The translations under genes were made by a program, and so were the position numbers. Positions 31,268 to 40,836 of a stretch of DNA of 56,023 nt are shown in pieces (the stretch's first letter is position 1; the number at the start of each line of letters is the position of its first letter). This DNA comes from a virus. Its lineage: Duplodnaviria > Caudoviricetes. The stretch is from positions 1 through 56,023 of the IMG/VR virus record IMGVR_UViG_3300025282_000041. The stretch is one strand, 5' to 3'. Under the pieces are notes generated by a model, which saw only the letters and a program-made list of their open reading frames with translations, was not told where the DNA came from and ran no database searches.

Positions 31268-32929
31268 TCACCAGTATTCCTTGAGTTCTGGTGCGGCCTC
31301 ACGGAACCTCTTGGTCGTGAGTCCGGTTCGCTCCTGCTTCAGACGACGCAGGGACATGGCTGCATACTCAGGCGACAGTTCCAGCCCGATGTATGACCGG
31401 CCTTCATCTAGCGCAACGATACCTGATGTGCCTGACCCACTGAACGGGTCAAGCACGACGGCAGGAACCACTGGGTGTTTATCCAACGGCAGGTCTGACT
31501 CGTATCGGTTGATGTACTTCTTTTTGGGCTTGGTCAGGCCGTCGATGATGCGGCCTTTGACATCCCTGCCACCGTGTTCCTCACGGTCGTCATACTTCGA
31601 CTCGACGCCGACATAACCACCAGTGCTGTCTGCGCCCCATGCATCCTGCGTATCCTTGACACGCTTCGACCACTCATCCAGACCTGTGTTGCCCGCGGCA
31701 CCCCGGTCGATGATGCCGTCACGAGCCTCGGCTGCTGCCCGCCAGTCCACACCCTCGCTGCCTCGTGGTGGGATGATGACCTCCTCCCTGATGAACTTCC
31801 CATGACACTCACAGGTGGGTTGCCACCCAGTCGTCTCATGGTAGACACCCGTTGGAAAGTCACCATCGTTAATGGCCCTCTGCTTCCCTTGTTGAGTCCA
31901 TCCAGTCTCATCCTCGGCGTGTTCGCTCTGGGGTGCTTGTTCACGGTCGCTCGGGTTGCGCCACATCTTCTTAGTGATGCGACTCCAAGGCGCACCGCAC
32001 TTACCACAGCACCCATGTTCACTAGTGGATGCCTTGACGATGGGTTCAATGAGATGCTTCGGGAACACAGCGAAGTGCGCGCCGGGGAATGGCTGTGGGT
32101 TGAAGTGCCACACGGTCCTCATGTTACGACCAAGACTGGTGTCGAAACCACAATTACCATCAATGGCTCTGCCATATTCATCTGTCGTACCTCGTGTGCC
32201 TCGCTCCGGTCGGCCATCCTCAATGGTGGCATCGACCAACGGTTCGACCGTCGCCTCTATGTCGTAGTAGTATCGGGACTCCTTGGTGAGGTGGAAGAAG
32301 AACTCGTGGCTCCGTGTGCATCTGTCACGCACAGGCTCGGGCATACAGACCCCACCCCTGTAGTGTGGCCCGCTGATTGACTTGGCCCACACGATGTCGT
32401 TGCGCAGATACCAACCTGCCTTTCGTGCTGCGAATGCGAATGTCCAAGGGATGCCCACCAAATCCTTCTCCTTGTAGCCCGGTGGTATCGTGGTGGGTCG
32501 GAAGTGGTTGGCCTCGTCACGGTGCTTCTGCAACCCGTAGTTCTCCGGGGGGGTGTATGACCCCTTCCTCATGTACGAGTCACCGAGGTTCACCCACAGG
32601 TTGCCGGTGGGCTTCAGCACCCGGTTGCATTCATCGAATATCTCAACAAGATGGTCGATGAACTCCTCTGGTGTTTGCTCCAATCCAAGTTGCCCTTTCC
32701 ATGCACCGCAATCACACACAGCCGCGTGGTCTGAATCAGGATTTTTCCATTCATGCGAGCAGGCGCGGTCGCCACCGAACACCACCGGGTCGGTCTTGTA
32801 GTCACGCAACCCCCAGTAGGGGGGTGAGGTCACCACTAGGTCTATCGTTCCGTCTGGTATGCCACGCAGTAGTTCTATCGCGTGGCCCACTCGTATGTCA
32901 CATGTCGTCTCTTCGTTCATTTCATTCAT
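31268..32929 (-). CDS. Beta-class N4-C/N6-A DNA methyltransferase with a long Cys-bounded insertion
   Basis: DLVVTSPPY (motif IV) near the N-terminus and VLDPFSGSGT (motif I) near the C-terminus; start 32929 overlaps the primase stop (ATGA). Confidence 0.9.
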   Translation of the reverse strand: MNEMNEETTCDIRVGHAIELLRGIPDGTIDLVVTSPPYWGLRDYKTDPVVFGGDRACSHEWKNPDSDHAAVCDCGAWKGQLGLEQTPEEFIDHLVEIFDECNRVLKPTGNLWVNLGDSYMRKGSYTPPENYGLQKHRDEANHFRPTTIPPGYKEKDLVGIPWTFAFAARKAGWYLRNDIVWAKSISGPHYRGGVCMPEPVRDRCTRSHEFFFHLTKESRYYYDIEATVEPLVDATIEDGRPERGTRGTTDEYGRAIDGNCGFDTSLGRNMRTVWHFNPQPFPGAHFAVFPKHLIEPIVKASTSEHGCCGKCGAPWSRITKKMWRNPSDREQAPQSEHAEDETGWTQQGKQRAINDGDFPTGVYHETTGWQPTCECHGKFIREEVIIPPRGSEGVDWRAAAEARDGIIDRGAAGNTGLDEWSKRVKDTQDAWGADSTGGYVGVESKYDDREEHGGRDVKGRIIDGLTKPKKKYINRYESDLPLDKHPVVPAVVLDPFSGSGTSGIVALDEGRSYIGLELSPEYAAMSLRRLKQERTGLTTKRFREAAPELKEYW

Positions 32930-34068
32930 CTCTCCTTTGATGGGGTTTGAAAGGTATTTGAATCGGGGATGGTTCCTGACCCGTCCCACAGGTGGCACTT
33001 GCCCACACAGTATCCCCTGTTGAACAGGCTCCAACAGGGAGTGTGTCGATATGGCCCCTCCACTATGTGGGTCACACGCTCACGAGTGATGCCCTCATTG
33101 AAGTCCACCCACTTCAGACTGCGAATGAACTCCACAATCTGGTCGATATGCTCTGGCACCTGTCCGTTCATGGTCTGGGGTGGGCGGAAGTGTCGCAGCC
33201 TTGCTGCGAGGTATGATGCAAGGTGGAATCGTGCATCGTGAGTCGGATTACTGCCTTCACGACAGGATGCTGCCTGTAGGCATGGGAGGATGGCGACATT
33301 GCCCATCGAGATTGCCGGAACTTCTGCGGTGTCGTTGAGCATCCCCTCCAGATGGGTCTGGCGTAGTTGGGTGGTGTCGATGTGCAACCCCTTGGAACCA
33401 TATGAGAACTGCCCCTTGCGTGGGTGGGTGGCCTCATCCCGTATGCGCTCCCACTCCCACTCCAACAGTTCCTCACTGCGTAGCGGGATGCTCCATCGCT
33501 CGCGCTTGACATTGTATGAGTTCGGGACACGGATGAGGGATGCGAGGTCGAAGGTCACGGTGGGGTCGATGCAGTTGAGGTGCAGTTCGTTGGCCCACTG
33601 GCGCACGAGGTTGCGCCCCGCACCCTTGAGGATTGAACACTCCATACCATGACTGGGGAGGTGGTCCTCTGCCAACTTGACCCACACATGGAAGCCACCG
33701 CCGCTGAACCAGATGGCATGAAGAGTGTCGTCATCAACCAGTTTTTGGTGCAGACGACGCACCTCACCCAACGGAACCTCCGGTGGGACATCATGGCGGT
33801 CGCCACCCACCAACACCTTGCAGTCGAAGTCGAGGACGAAGTGGGGTACTATTGCCGTGTGGTAGTCACCACGACGAAAGTTCGGCTCCTTGAGTTGACG
33901 GAACCCATAGACCGTCGTGTACGCGTCCGAGGCGTTGTCGAGTGAACTCCACCACCGTTCAAAGTCGGCCTTGGTGTGAACGATGCGGCGATACAGCGTG
34001 ACCTCCCGAGGGAAGTCGAACCTCAGTACCGCTTTGCTACTTCGACCTGATTCCATTTGTCTACCCAC
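32926..34068 (-). CDS. Archaeo-eukaryotic primase fused to a PriL-like Cys-rich C-terminal domain
   Basis: LDFD, FSGGGFHV, D...RVPNS catalytic motifs; then LPCL...H.ARFHLASYL...PC..L...GYCVGKC. Exact start uncertain. Confidence 0.85.
   Translation of the reverse strand: MGRQMESGRSSKAVLRFDFPREVTLYRRIVHTKADFERWWSSLDNASDAYTTVYGFRQLKEPNFRRGDYHTAIVPHFVLDFDCKVLVGGDRHDVPPEVPLGEVRRLHQKLVDDDTLHAIWFSGGGFHVWVKLAEDHLPSHGMECSILKGAGRNLVRQWANELHLNCIDPTVTFDLASLIRVPNSYNVKRERWSIPLRSEELLEWEWERIRDEATHPRKGQFSYGSKGLHIDTTQLRQTHLEGMLNDTAEVPAISMGNVAILPCLQAASCREGSNPTHDARFHLASYLAARLRHFRPPQTMNGQVPEHIDQIVEFIRSLKWVDFNEGITRERVTHIVEGPYRHTPCWSLFNRGYCVGKCHLWDGSGTIPDSNTFQTPSKER
32941..32962 (-). promoter_or_regulatory. Variant viral promoter TTCAAATACCTTTCAAACCCCA
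   Basis: Variant of the shared motif inside the primase 3' end, ~25 nt upstream of the methyltransferase ATG. Confidence 0.55.
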
Positions 34069-34283
34069 TCCACCAACTTCTCTATCATGTCCAATGCCTC
34101 CTTCGGGTCACCGACATAGTTCTCATCAAGGGTGAATCGAATTGTGTGGTCGTTGTGCAATGCATCAAACCCTCGGGCCTTCTTCGCTTTCCCCATGCGT
34201 ACTATAATCTCTGCGTTGAGAGCGCGGCGCTGCAACATCCATTCCACAGCCACCGTGAACGGTGTGGTGCTCTCAGGTGTCAT
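34023..34283 (-). CDS. Hypothetical protein
   Basis: ATG at 34283 with an AGGAGG RBS; fills the gap in the operon. Confidence 0.55.
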   Translation of the reverse strand: MTPESTTPFTVAVEWMLQRRALNAEIIVRMGKAKKARGFDALHNDHTIRFTLDENYVGDPKEALDMIEKLVEWVDKWNQVEVAKRY

Positions 34284-35232
34284 TGGAGCCCTCCTTGTAG
34301 ATTGGCTCGGCACCATTGGCGACCTCAATGGGGTTCTCATACACCGTCCACTTGGGGCAGAAGGACATGAGGTCACAGTACCCGCACTTGAATGACTGCT
34401 TGTCGCTGACCACCGGGAAGTCCTGTTCAAGGTATGACTTCACCAATCGTGCCAGTCGCTTCTTCATGGCGGTGATGCTCACCTTCTTCGCAGGGTCGTA
34501 GTCCCAATGGTCAGCCTTCGGGAACCGCCAACCCCAGTGGGTGACGGGTCCTAGGTCGGAGTCGGATTCATCAAGGAGGTATGCGTAGTACGCCATCTCC
34601 CCCCTCATCTGACTGGCCTTGTAGGTGTTCCACTTACCAGTCTTGAGTTCCAACAGGGCAATCCCGTCATCGGTCTTGAAGATGCGGTCGATGATTCCTC
34701 TTAGGTGAACCTTCACCATACCATGACCCGGCACATCAACATCCACGATTGCATCGAGGTCCAGTTCGTTGCCGACCGGCAGGAAGTCCTCGGGCTTTTC
34801 ACAGTGCTTGAGACGGAGGACATCATGCTTCAGCATCCACTGTTGCAGGTCGTGTTCCCGTTCCTTGTAGTCACCCTCGGCGGCGGGCATGAACTGTGAC
34901 AGCCGTTCCAATGCCACCTTGTCGTTCCCATCACGAGCCGCTAACCATGCATGGAAGAACAGCCCCTCGATGGATTGTATGTCCGCGCCCTCTGCGAGCG
35001 ACGCGCCCCACTCATCTTGACAATTGATGTAGAACTGCTCGATGCGGTCATGCACATTGGAACCGATGATAAGGTAGTCCTCCACCTTCTCAACTCGTGG
35101 GCATACCTTGGACAGCCACAACTGCTGTGGACACCAATCACTGTAGGTGCCGAGCGTGGACTTGCTGACCCGAATCATCTTGTCGGAGTCGGGTGTCCAT
35201 GTGTAGGTGGACTGCTTGTTCAGTTCACCCAT
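34273..35232 (-). CDS. Cas4/AddB-like PD-(D/E)XK exonuclease with Fe-S cysteines
   Basis: CP...GSNVH, RGIIDRI, LELKTG, C-terminal CGYC-x5-CP. Confidence 0.85.
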   Translation of the reverse strand: MGELNKQSTYTWTPDSDKMIRVSKSTLGTYSDWCPQQLWLSKVCPRVEKVEDYLIIGSNVHDRIEQFYINCQDEWGASLAEGADIQSIEGLFFHAWLAARDGNDKVALERLSQFMPAAEGDYKEREHDLQQWMLKHDVLRLKHCEKPEDFLPVGNELDLDAIVDVDVPGHGMVKVHLRGIIDRIFKTDDGIALLELKTGKWNTYKASQMRGEMAYYAYLLDESDSDLGPVTHWGWRFPKADHWDYDPAKKVSITAMKKRLARLVKSYLEQDFPVVSDKQSFKCGYCDLMSFCPKWTVYENPIEVANGAEPIYKEGSNDT

Positions 35233-35509
35233 CAATACCCTCTCCCGGTCCCACCCTGTAGATGGCGGGCTGTTGCTCGTCACCACCAACCTCAGTCACG
35301 GTGTACTGAGGTTGCTCAAGCGCCTTCTTCTTCGGCAGCAGCCTGTCTGCCTCCCCCACATCATCCAGTTGTGGGGTGTCACCCAACAGACCCTCCACCA
35401 AGTCCAACAGGTTGCGCAGGGCATCCCGAACCAACTTCAGGTCCTCGTTCGTCTTGCGGAGTTCCGCATTCTCTTCTTCCAATCTCTTTACTTCATCTGA
35501 TATACTCAT
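35225..35509 (-). CDS. Hypothetical coiled-coil protein
   Basis: Heptad-rich N-terminus; coupled within the operon. Confidence 0.6.
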   Translation of the reverse strand: MSISDEVKRLEEENAELRKTNEDLKLVRDALRNLLDLVEGLLGDTPQLDDVGEADRLLPKKKALEQPQYTVTEVGGDEQQPAIYRVGPGEGIDG

Positions 35510-35823
35510 TCGCTCACCCCATCGAGTAATTCCGTCAGTTCATTCACGATACCGACATATCCTGCGGCGAATTGTGCTGTGCCTGCGCGGTCTGCTGCGG
35601 CCCTATATGTTTGTATCATTTTTCGCAACTTCGCCTCAAGCGTCTGCTCTCGTGTGCGTAGTCGCTGAATGTAGACCACCGCATCGAGCATCTCATTTTG
35701 CAGATGCTCCAACCACTCGTCGTGCGTGAGGTCTCCGCGCTCCATCGACACGCCATACTTGGCCTTGCCGACTTTCGCCCTCGCCTGTATCAATTCGCAT
35801 ACTTCATCTTCCACTTCACTCAT
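35506..35823 (-). CDS. Phage all-alpha NTP-pyrophosphatase-like protein
   Basis: RAKVGKAKYG...EWLEHLQNEMLDAVVY pattern. Confidence 0.5.
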   Translation of the reverse strand: MSEVEDEVCELIQARAKVGKAKYGVSMERGDLTHDEWLEHLQNEMLDAVVYIQRLRTREQTLEAKLRKMIQTYRAAADRAGTAQFAAGYVGIVNELTELLDGVSE

Positions 35824-36113
35824 GAGTAGTTCACCTCCTCGCTGTTCTTCTGCTGCATCTGCTGGTAGTCTTGCTCAAACATGATGTCGGACATCTCCCT
35901 GCTACGCAGGATGGCGTCACTAGGTATGATGAACGCAGATGGAACATCACAAACGATGCTGATGATTGACATACGGTGGATGCACAGGTGCCTCCCACCG
36001 GACTCCAACACCCAGTACTCACGGAACGGCCCGTCGCATGGTATGGCTATCCCTGTGGCCTCCTCCATCTCCTTCCCAACTTGATATTGAATCGTGACTT
36101 CTCCGAACATCAC
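35820..36113 (-). CDS. Hypothetical protein
   Basis: Overlapping start/stop coupling on both sides. Confidence 0.55.
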   Translation of the reverse strand: MMFGEVTIQYQVGKEMEEATGIAIPCDGPFREYWVLESGGRHLCIHRMSIISIVCDVPSAFIIPSDAILRSREMSDIMFEQDYQQMQQKNSEEVNYS

Positions 36114-36355
36114 AGTGACCCCCTGTGTTGGCGTGGCTGCCCATGCAGACCGATGCTCTCGGTCGTGACGGGTGCCGGTTCAAACAGTTCATAGAAGTCA
36201 GTCAACTTCGTCTGACCATCCTCGGGGAACTCGAATCCGAACTCCTCCAGAGTCGTCTGTCTCATCTTGGGGAGACCACACACGCAGCATGGTTCACCTC
36301 TCTTCACATCATCCTTGGGCTTACCCATAAACCTATTCCATATCCATTTACTCAT
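36110..36355 (-). CDS. Small protein with two PIP-box-like motifs
   Basis: CCVC followed by QTTLEEF and QTKLTDFY. Confidence 0.55.
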   Translation of the reverse strand: MSKWIWNRFMGKPKDDVKRGEPCCVCGLPKMRQTTLEEFGFEFPEDGQTKLTDFYELFEPAPVTTESIGLHGQPRQHRGSL

Positions 36356-36575
36356 TTTTATTCACTTCCAGTTCTATCTTGTGTCCACATACTGGACACT
36401 GGAGTATGTCGGTTCGACCCGGAATCAACAACGACTCGGGTTCATTCTGCAGTCGTGCCTCCAGACAGTCGGCTCGCTGCCATGCGTCACACGCATTCTT
36501 GTTCGGGTTCCCTGTGGGTATCTTTCCATAGGGTGTCTCGTTTAGTACTTTTCCTTTTTCAGCCATAGTAATCAC
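36348..36575 (-). CDS. Small Cys-rich (zinc-binding) protein
   Basis: C-x7-C...CPVC; coupled to the polB stop. Confidence 0.55.
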   Translation of the reverse strand: MITMAEKGKVLNETPYGKIPTGNPNKNACDAWQRADCLEARLQNEPESLLIPGRTDILQCPVCGHKIELEVNKNE

Positions 36576-38884
36576 CAGTACCCCTTCGGTTTGAACTCGT
36601 CAGTTACTGCCTTCAAATCCCAGTCGAGTACATCATACACGAGCCGCAACTTATCACGGAGCATCTTGGTTATTATCATCTCGGTATCGAACACGAATCC
36701 TTCCAATTCACCGGCATCCCTAAAGGCAATCACATTCGTCTGCGGGTATCCATCGGGAGTGTCCGTGATGTATGTCCAGTACACACTCTCGCCCGTCTTG
36801 AACGGTTCATCGGTGACGAGGTGCCAGTTGTAGTATCGTGCGGCCTTCGCATACCCGCCCGCAATCTTCGGGTAGTGCTTGTCGGGTCGGTGTGGAGTAG
36901 TCTCATTAGGTTCAATCTGCTTTCGCAGACGAGTGCGGTATGACAGGTCCTCAATCGGATAGTCACTCCGGCGTATGCCCAAGCAGTACTTCGATACGAC
37001 CTCACCGATGTCGGACTCGGATGCACCACTGCTGAGCATGGTCAGCACCTCTCGCTGCATCTTGGCAGACAACGGGGCGGTGCTGCTGTGCTTCATCTCA
37101 AATCCTGACACCTTGAGGCGACCAGCATCCTTGTCGGGCCATTGGATAATGCCGGCATACCTGTTCTTGACATCACCACAGAACCAGTATGGCATCCATG
37201 CCTCCGGCTCCGCGATGAGGGACAGGTTGCCAGTCTCCTGTTGGATGACCGAGGTTAGAACCTTCGTCACCGTGTCAATCTGGTCGAATGGACACTTGAT
37301 GAAGCAACTGTCGGTGTGACCATACAGGACCTCATGACCCATGCTGTACGCATATTCAGCCATGTTGTCGATTGCACTACGCCCCTCAGTGAGGATGGTG
37401 TCGGCAAGGATGGGGTCAGCCATGCCATGCCCCTTCGTCTCGGCGGTGAGTCCGTACAGTGACGCCATCACCCGTTTGACTGCCTTCTCCAGACCATGCT
37501 CTCCCGCGTCCTTGAACTTCTGTCGCTCCTCAAACAGATGCTCTACGATGGATGGAAGGATGGCCTCCCCAGACTGTTCCCAGTGCGTCCCATTGGTCAT
37601 CGTGAGTGTGGTGTCGCTCGGTTCATCCCTACGGGTCGTCCAACAGAGTCGGTTGCCTAGCATGATTGAGGGGTACAGACCCTTGAAGTCTGCTACGAGA
37701 ACCGACTCATGCAGACCGGGTGTGGGTTCCATCACGGTCGCACCCTTGAGACTCCCCCGCTCACGGCGGCGGGATGGGTTGCGAGTGGGGAACTTGAGTT
37801 TGGTTCGACGGCTCACCAGACCTCGTGCGAACTGCCCCACATTGTAGGTGGATGACAGGGTGACACCACAGAACCGAACCATGTTGATGAAGAAGTCGGA
37901 GCACCGCACGAACTCGTCACACGCCTGTAGCAACTTGACATCTCGGAAGCAGTAGTCGGTGAGTCGGTCATAGTTCTCATTCCAGTCGTTGAACAGGTCA
38001 ACATCATCCTTCTCACCCAACCCGAACAACAACCCAATGTCGTTCAACTTGCGTGAGGGTAGTTGCCCGTTGCCGCTATCCATCCACACCCGTTCTATGC
38101 CAGTGCCTTTGGTGCCGGGTGCTGCCGTGTCCAATACCCACCTCCCCTTGATTGGTTGGTCGGTGTATCTGTATGAGTCGTAGTTGGGGCGCAGACGGCT
38201 CACTGACTGCACAGGCGACAGCCGCTTGTAGTTCTTGAACCGGCGGGTCATATGGGGAATGTCAGCCCACATCGCTGCGTGGGCTATGAGAATGTCGAAG
38301 TCCTTCTCCTCGATGTATTGGATGACCGCCTCGTGGACGGCCTCCTCACTACAATAGATGTGTGACACATATCCGTCACGGTAGTCAACCTCATACTCCT
38401 GCTGACCATCACGCCACCCGAAGCAGACACCCTCGCCAGTGAACGAGTCAAGCGCGGCCCAACACTGGGTGAAGTCGTTGCTGTCATCAGGATTCCACTC
38501 GATGTCGAACCAACACTTACGAGGTTCCCACTTCGGCATGGTCGGCACATTGTCTATCAACCATCGGTCGGGGTATCGAACATCAGCCTCGTAGGTGTCA
38601 CCCAACCACTTGCGCATGTCTGGTACATCACTCGGGGTCCATGCCACGACACGCACCAGTTCCACGCCGTCAATCCCGTAGGCGAGGTCATGCCAGTCGA
38701 TGCGCGTCTTAGGGAATGCGTTATTCATGTTGGATATGCCATCGGCGGGCTCGTCGGTGGACATCCAGAAGTATGGCTCAAACGAGTCATCCGTCTCCTC
38801 GATGAGGTTGCCATCGTTGTCACGATAGCGTGTGTAGATGGATGCTCGGTTGGAACCATGTGGATAGACCTGTTCGACTAGCAT
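36572..38884 (-). CDS. polB: Family B DNA polymerase
   Basis: Exonuclease FDIE and YCFRD; motif A DFKGLYPS, motif B KRVMASLYG, motif C YGHTDS, KNRYAG, SGFE. Confidence 0.95.
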   Translation of the reverse strand: MLVEQVYPHGSNRASIYTRYRDNDGNLIEETDDSFEPYFWMSTDEPADGISNMNNAFPKTRIDWHDLAYGIDGVELVRVVAWTPSDVPDMRKWLGDTYEADVRYPDRWLIDNVPTMPKWEPRKCWFDIEWNPDDSNDFTQCWAALDSFTGEGVCFGWRDGQQEYEVDYRDGYVSHIYCSEEAVHEAVIQYIEEKDFDILIAHAAMWADIPHMTRRFKNYKRLSPVQSVSRLRPNYDSYRYTDQPIKGRWVLDTAAPGTKGTGIERVWMDSGNGQLPSRKLNDIGLLFGLGEKDDVDLFNDWNENYDRLTDYCFRDVKLLQACDEFVRCSDFFINMVRFCGVTLSSTYNVGQFARGLVSRRTKLKFPTRNPSRRRERGSLKGATVMEPTPGLHESVLVADFKGLYPSIMLGNRLCWTTRRDEPSDTTLTMTNGTHWEQSGEAILPSIVEHLFEERQKFKDAGEHGLEKAVKRVMASLYGLTAETKGHGMADPILADTILTEGRSAIDNMAEYAYSMGHEVLYGHTDSCFIKCPFDQIDTVTKVLTSVIQQETGNLSLIAEPEAWMPYWFCGDVKNRYAGIIQWPDKDAGRLKVSGFEMKHSSTAPLSAKMQREVLTMLSSGASESDIGEVVSKYCLGIRRSDYPIEDLSYRTRLRKQIEPNETTPHRPDKHYPKIAGGYAKAARYYNWHLVTDEPFKTGESVYWTYITDTPDGYPQTNVIAFRDAGELEGFVFDTEMIITKMLRDKLRLVYDVLDWDLKAVTDEFKPKGYW

Positions 38885-39036
38885 CAGTCATCCACCTCGT
38901 CACTGAAATACTCTTGACACTCTTGTGCAGTCCATCCATGCGCTCGCATGAAGTGTTCGCTGATTGTTTCAGATGTGTTGCTCATAATCGTGCAGCAACC
39001 CGTAGCATAACAAAGATACAGTGGCTTACTACTCAT
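38884..39036 (-). CDS. 50-aa C2H2-like zinc-finger protein
   Basis: Below the ORF-track cutoff. Reads MSSKPLYLCYATGCC...HFMRAHGW; GAGGTGA RBS; TGATG overlap with polB. Confidence 0.55.
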   Translation of the reverse strand: MSSKPLYLCYATGCCTIMSNTSETISEHFMRAHGWTAQECQEYFSDEVDD

Positions 39037-39045
39037 GCCGTCACC

Positions 39046-39846
39046 TCACTCCTGAGCGAGGTCTTGGTCGATGACCACCAACAAGCAGTGCTTCTCTTGG
39101 TGATTGAATATCAACACGGTGCCGTCACCAGTGTAGACCTGAGCCTTACCAGAAGGCAAACATGATACTACATCAGGAAACCAAGGTCCGAATGATGTTT
39201 TATAGACTTTATCTTCTGAATTAATTTCAAGTTCACTACCTATTGGTTTAAGAACGGGGTCTATTGTGACTGTATGGAACATTTGACCAGTCACACCACT
39301 ACCAGTATGAATAATCATTTCTTTTTTGTCTGCAACAAATGATAGATGATATGGTTTGTCTGCACCTACTACCTTACCAAGAGATGACACTGCAAATATG
39401 TCATCAACTTTAACAATTGCATTGCAACATAGGTCTTTGTCCACCCACTTCTCCCAATTGGTTGCGACAGCATCATCCACCAACTTCTTGGCAGTGGGCA
39501 GCGACTTGGATGACTTCACATCCTTCGTCGGTGGTAGGTTCACGACGCTCTTCCCACACGATATGCGTAGGCTCTGCGCCGACCCGTCACGCTCCTGTTG
39601 GTGTAGTTCGACAGTCTCCCCGGAGCAAGCCCGGAGGAACGCCGACACCTTTGACAGGTCAGCGATGACGAACCCACCACCCTCAATCTGAGTCACGCTT
39701 ATCTTCTTCGTCAGGAAGTGGGTGGGCGCAGCCACACCCCCAACCAGATAGTTCTCCTTGACATCGAGGCGCAGGTCATCTATGCCCGGCCCGAACGATG
39801 ACAGGAAGTTCGCCAGTTCAATTCTATTCAGTTCACACTTAGTCAC
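39046..39846 (-). CDS. Putative sliding clamp (PCNA-like)
   Basis: ~266 aa with a repeated beta-alpha-beta pattern, next to polB and near the clamp loader; divergent sequence. Confidence 0.55.
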   Translation of the reverse strand: MTKCELNRIELANFLSSFGPGIDDLRLDVKENYLVGGVAAPTHFLTKKISVTQIEGGGFVIADLSKVSAFLRACSGETVELHQQERDGSAQSLRISCGKSVVNLPPTKDVKSSKSLPTAKKLVDDAVATNWEKWVDKDLCCNAIVKVDDIFAVSSLGKVVGADKPYHLSFVADKKEMIIHTGSGVTGQMFHTVTIDPVLKPIGSELEINSEDKVYKTSFGPWFPDVVSCLPSGKAQVYTGDGTVLIFNHQEKHCLLVVIDQDLAQE

Positions 39847-40832
39847 AATAATCCCTCCTCTAGTTCCTTGAGGCCATACCACTCGGGGTCGCCACCCTTC
39901 CGTGTGATGGCGATGACCCGCTTCTGGCCCTGTAATGCGATGTTGGTGTTCTCCTTCCAGAACTCGACGGTGTACTCCGTCTTGCCCGTCTTGTGGCCGT
40001 CGTCATCGAGCACATCCTCGCGACGACACCATAGAATCTGCTTGAGGTTTGCGTCAGTGTTCTTCTCCCAGTCGGGTTTCCATGCACCCGTCTGCTCGTT
40101 GCGGAACACCTCGGGTTTGAGGTGCGTCTCCCAGTAGACCTCGACACCGAGTCGCATGAGTTCACGACAGACTGCGGTGAGTTGGTGGAATCTAGTGGAA
40201 CGAATCGACCAGTTCCATTGGTTGCCGACGAGTCGGTTGGGGTCACTGGCCTCGATGCCATCCTTGGCCTTGCCGAGTTCAATGACCTTCATGTTCACGA
40301 TGCAGACGGTATCCCACTGGTCGACTGCGGTCACCAAGAACTTGACAAGCCGCTTCCCCTTGTAGTCGGGGCTGTTCTGCTTGTGGGCCTGTTGCACAGC
40401 GAATCTACCAATATCCATCACCCTACTGTGAGTGCTGGGATAGTCGTATGTCGTACGGTCCTCAGTCGCCATCACCCAAGGTGACAGGGTGCGAATGTTC
40501 GCCGCCTTGTCACGGTGATAGGCGGACTTCGTGGCGGCAGCGCCGCCGTCGAAGTCAAGACACAGTATGTAGTCACCGTTGTCAACCTGCTTCTTGGTCA
40601 GACTATCGAGAACGATACCGGACTTGCCAGTACCCTCAAAGCCGATGACGCCACAGAACACATGGCATCCCAACTGCTCATCTGCTGCAGCCTCAACCTC
40701 TGATTCGATACTCCCATTTTCAACGACGCCTACTTTTTCCTCGCGTTCTAGAACGCGTTCTAGAGAGGGGTCGGCTGTTTTAACCTCTTCTGCTGCTGTC
40801 TCTTCACTCTTCAATGCGTCAAATCCACCCAT
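39843..40832 (-). CDS. P-loop ATPase (AAA_24/Sak4/RecA-like)
   Basis: GFEGTGKS Walker A, LDFDGG, ETH; adjacent to the SSB-like gene. Confidence 0.7.
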   Translation of the reverse strand: MGGFDALKSEETAAEEVKTADPSLERVLEREEKVGVVENGSIESEVEAAADEQLGCHVFCGVIGFEGTGKSGIVLDSLTKKQVDNGDYILCLDFDGGAAATKSAYHRDKAANIRTLSPWVMATEDRTTYDYPSTHSRVMDIGRFAVQQAHKQNSPDYKGKRLVKFLVTAVDQWDTVCIVNMKVIELGKAKDGIEASDPNRLVGNQWNWSIRSTRFHQLTAVCRELMRLGVEVYWETHLKPEVFRNEQTGAWKPDWEKNTDANLKQILWCRREDVLDDDGHKTGKTEYTVEFWKENTNIALQGQKRVIAITRKGGDPEWYGLKELEEGLL

Positions 40833-40836
40833 TCAA

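Noticed and set aside
34273-35232. Cas4-like nuclease as the spacer-acquisition enzyme for the array
   Set aside because: Stand-alone Cas4-like nucleases are common in viral replication modules; it lies ~20 kb away and nothing links it to the array.
31268-38884. Inteins in the methyltransferase or PolB
   Set aside because: No C/S...HN-C/S/T splice junction motifs were seen, and PolB is of normal length.
40742-40764. Overlapping 16- and 18-bp perfect palindromes (CGCGTTCTAGAACGCG / TCTAGAACGCGTTCTAGA)
   Set aside because: They lie in coding sequence (LERVLERE) and arise from a short duplication; single occurrence with no supporting context.
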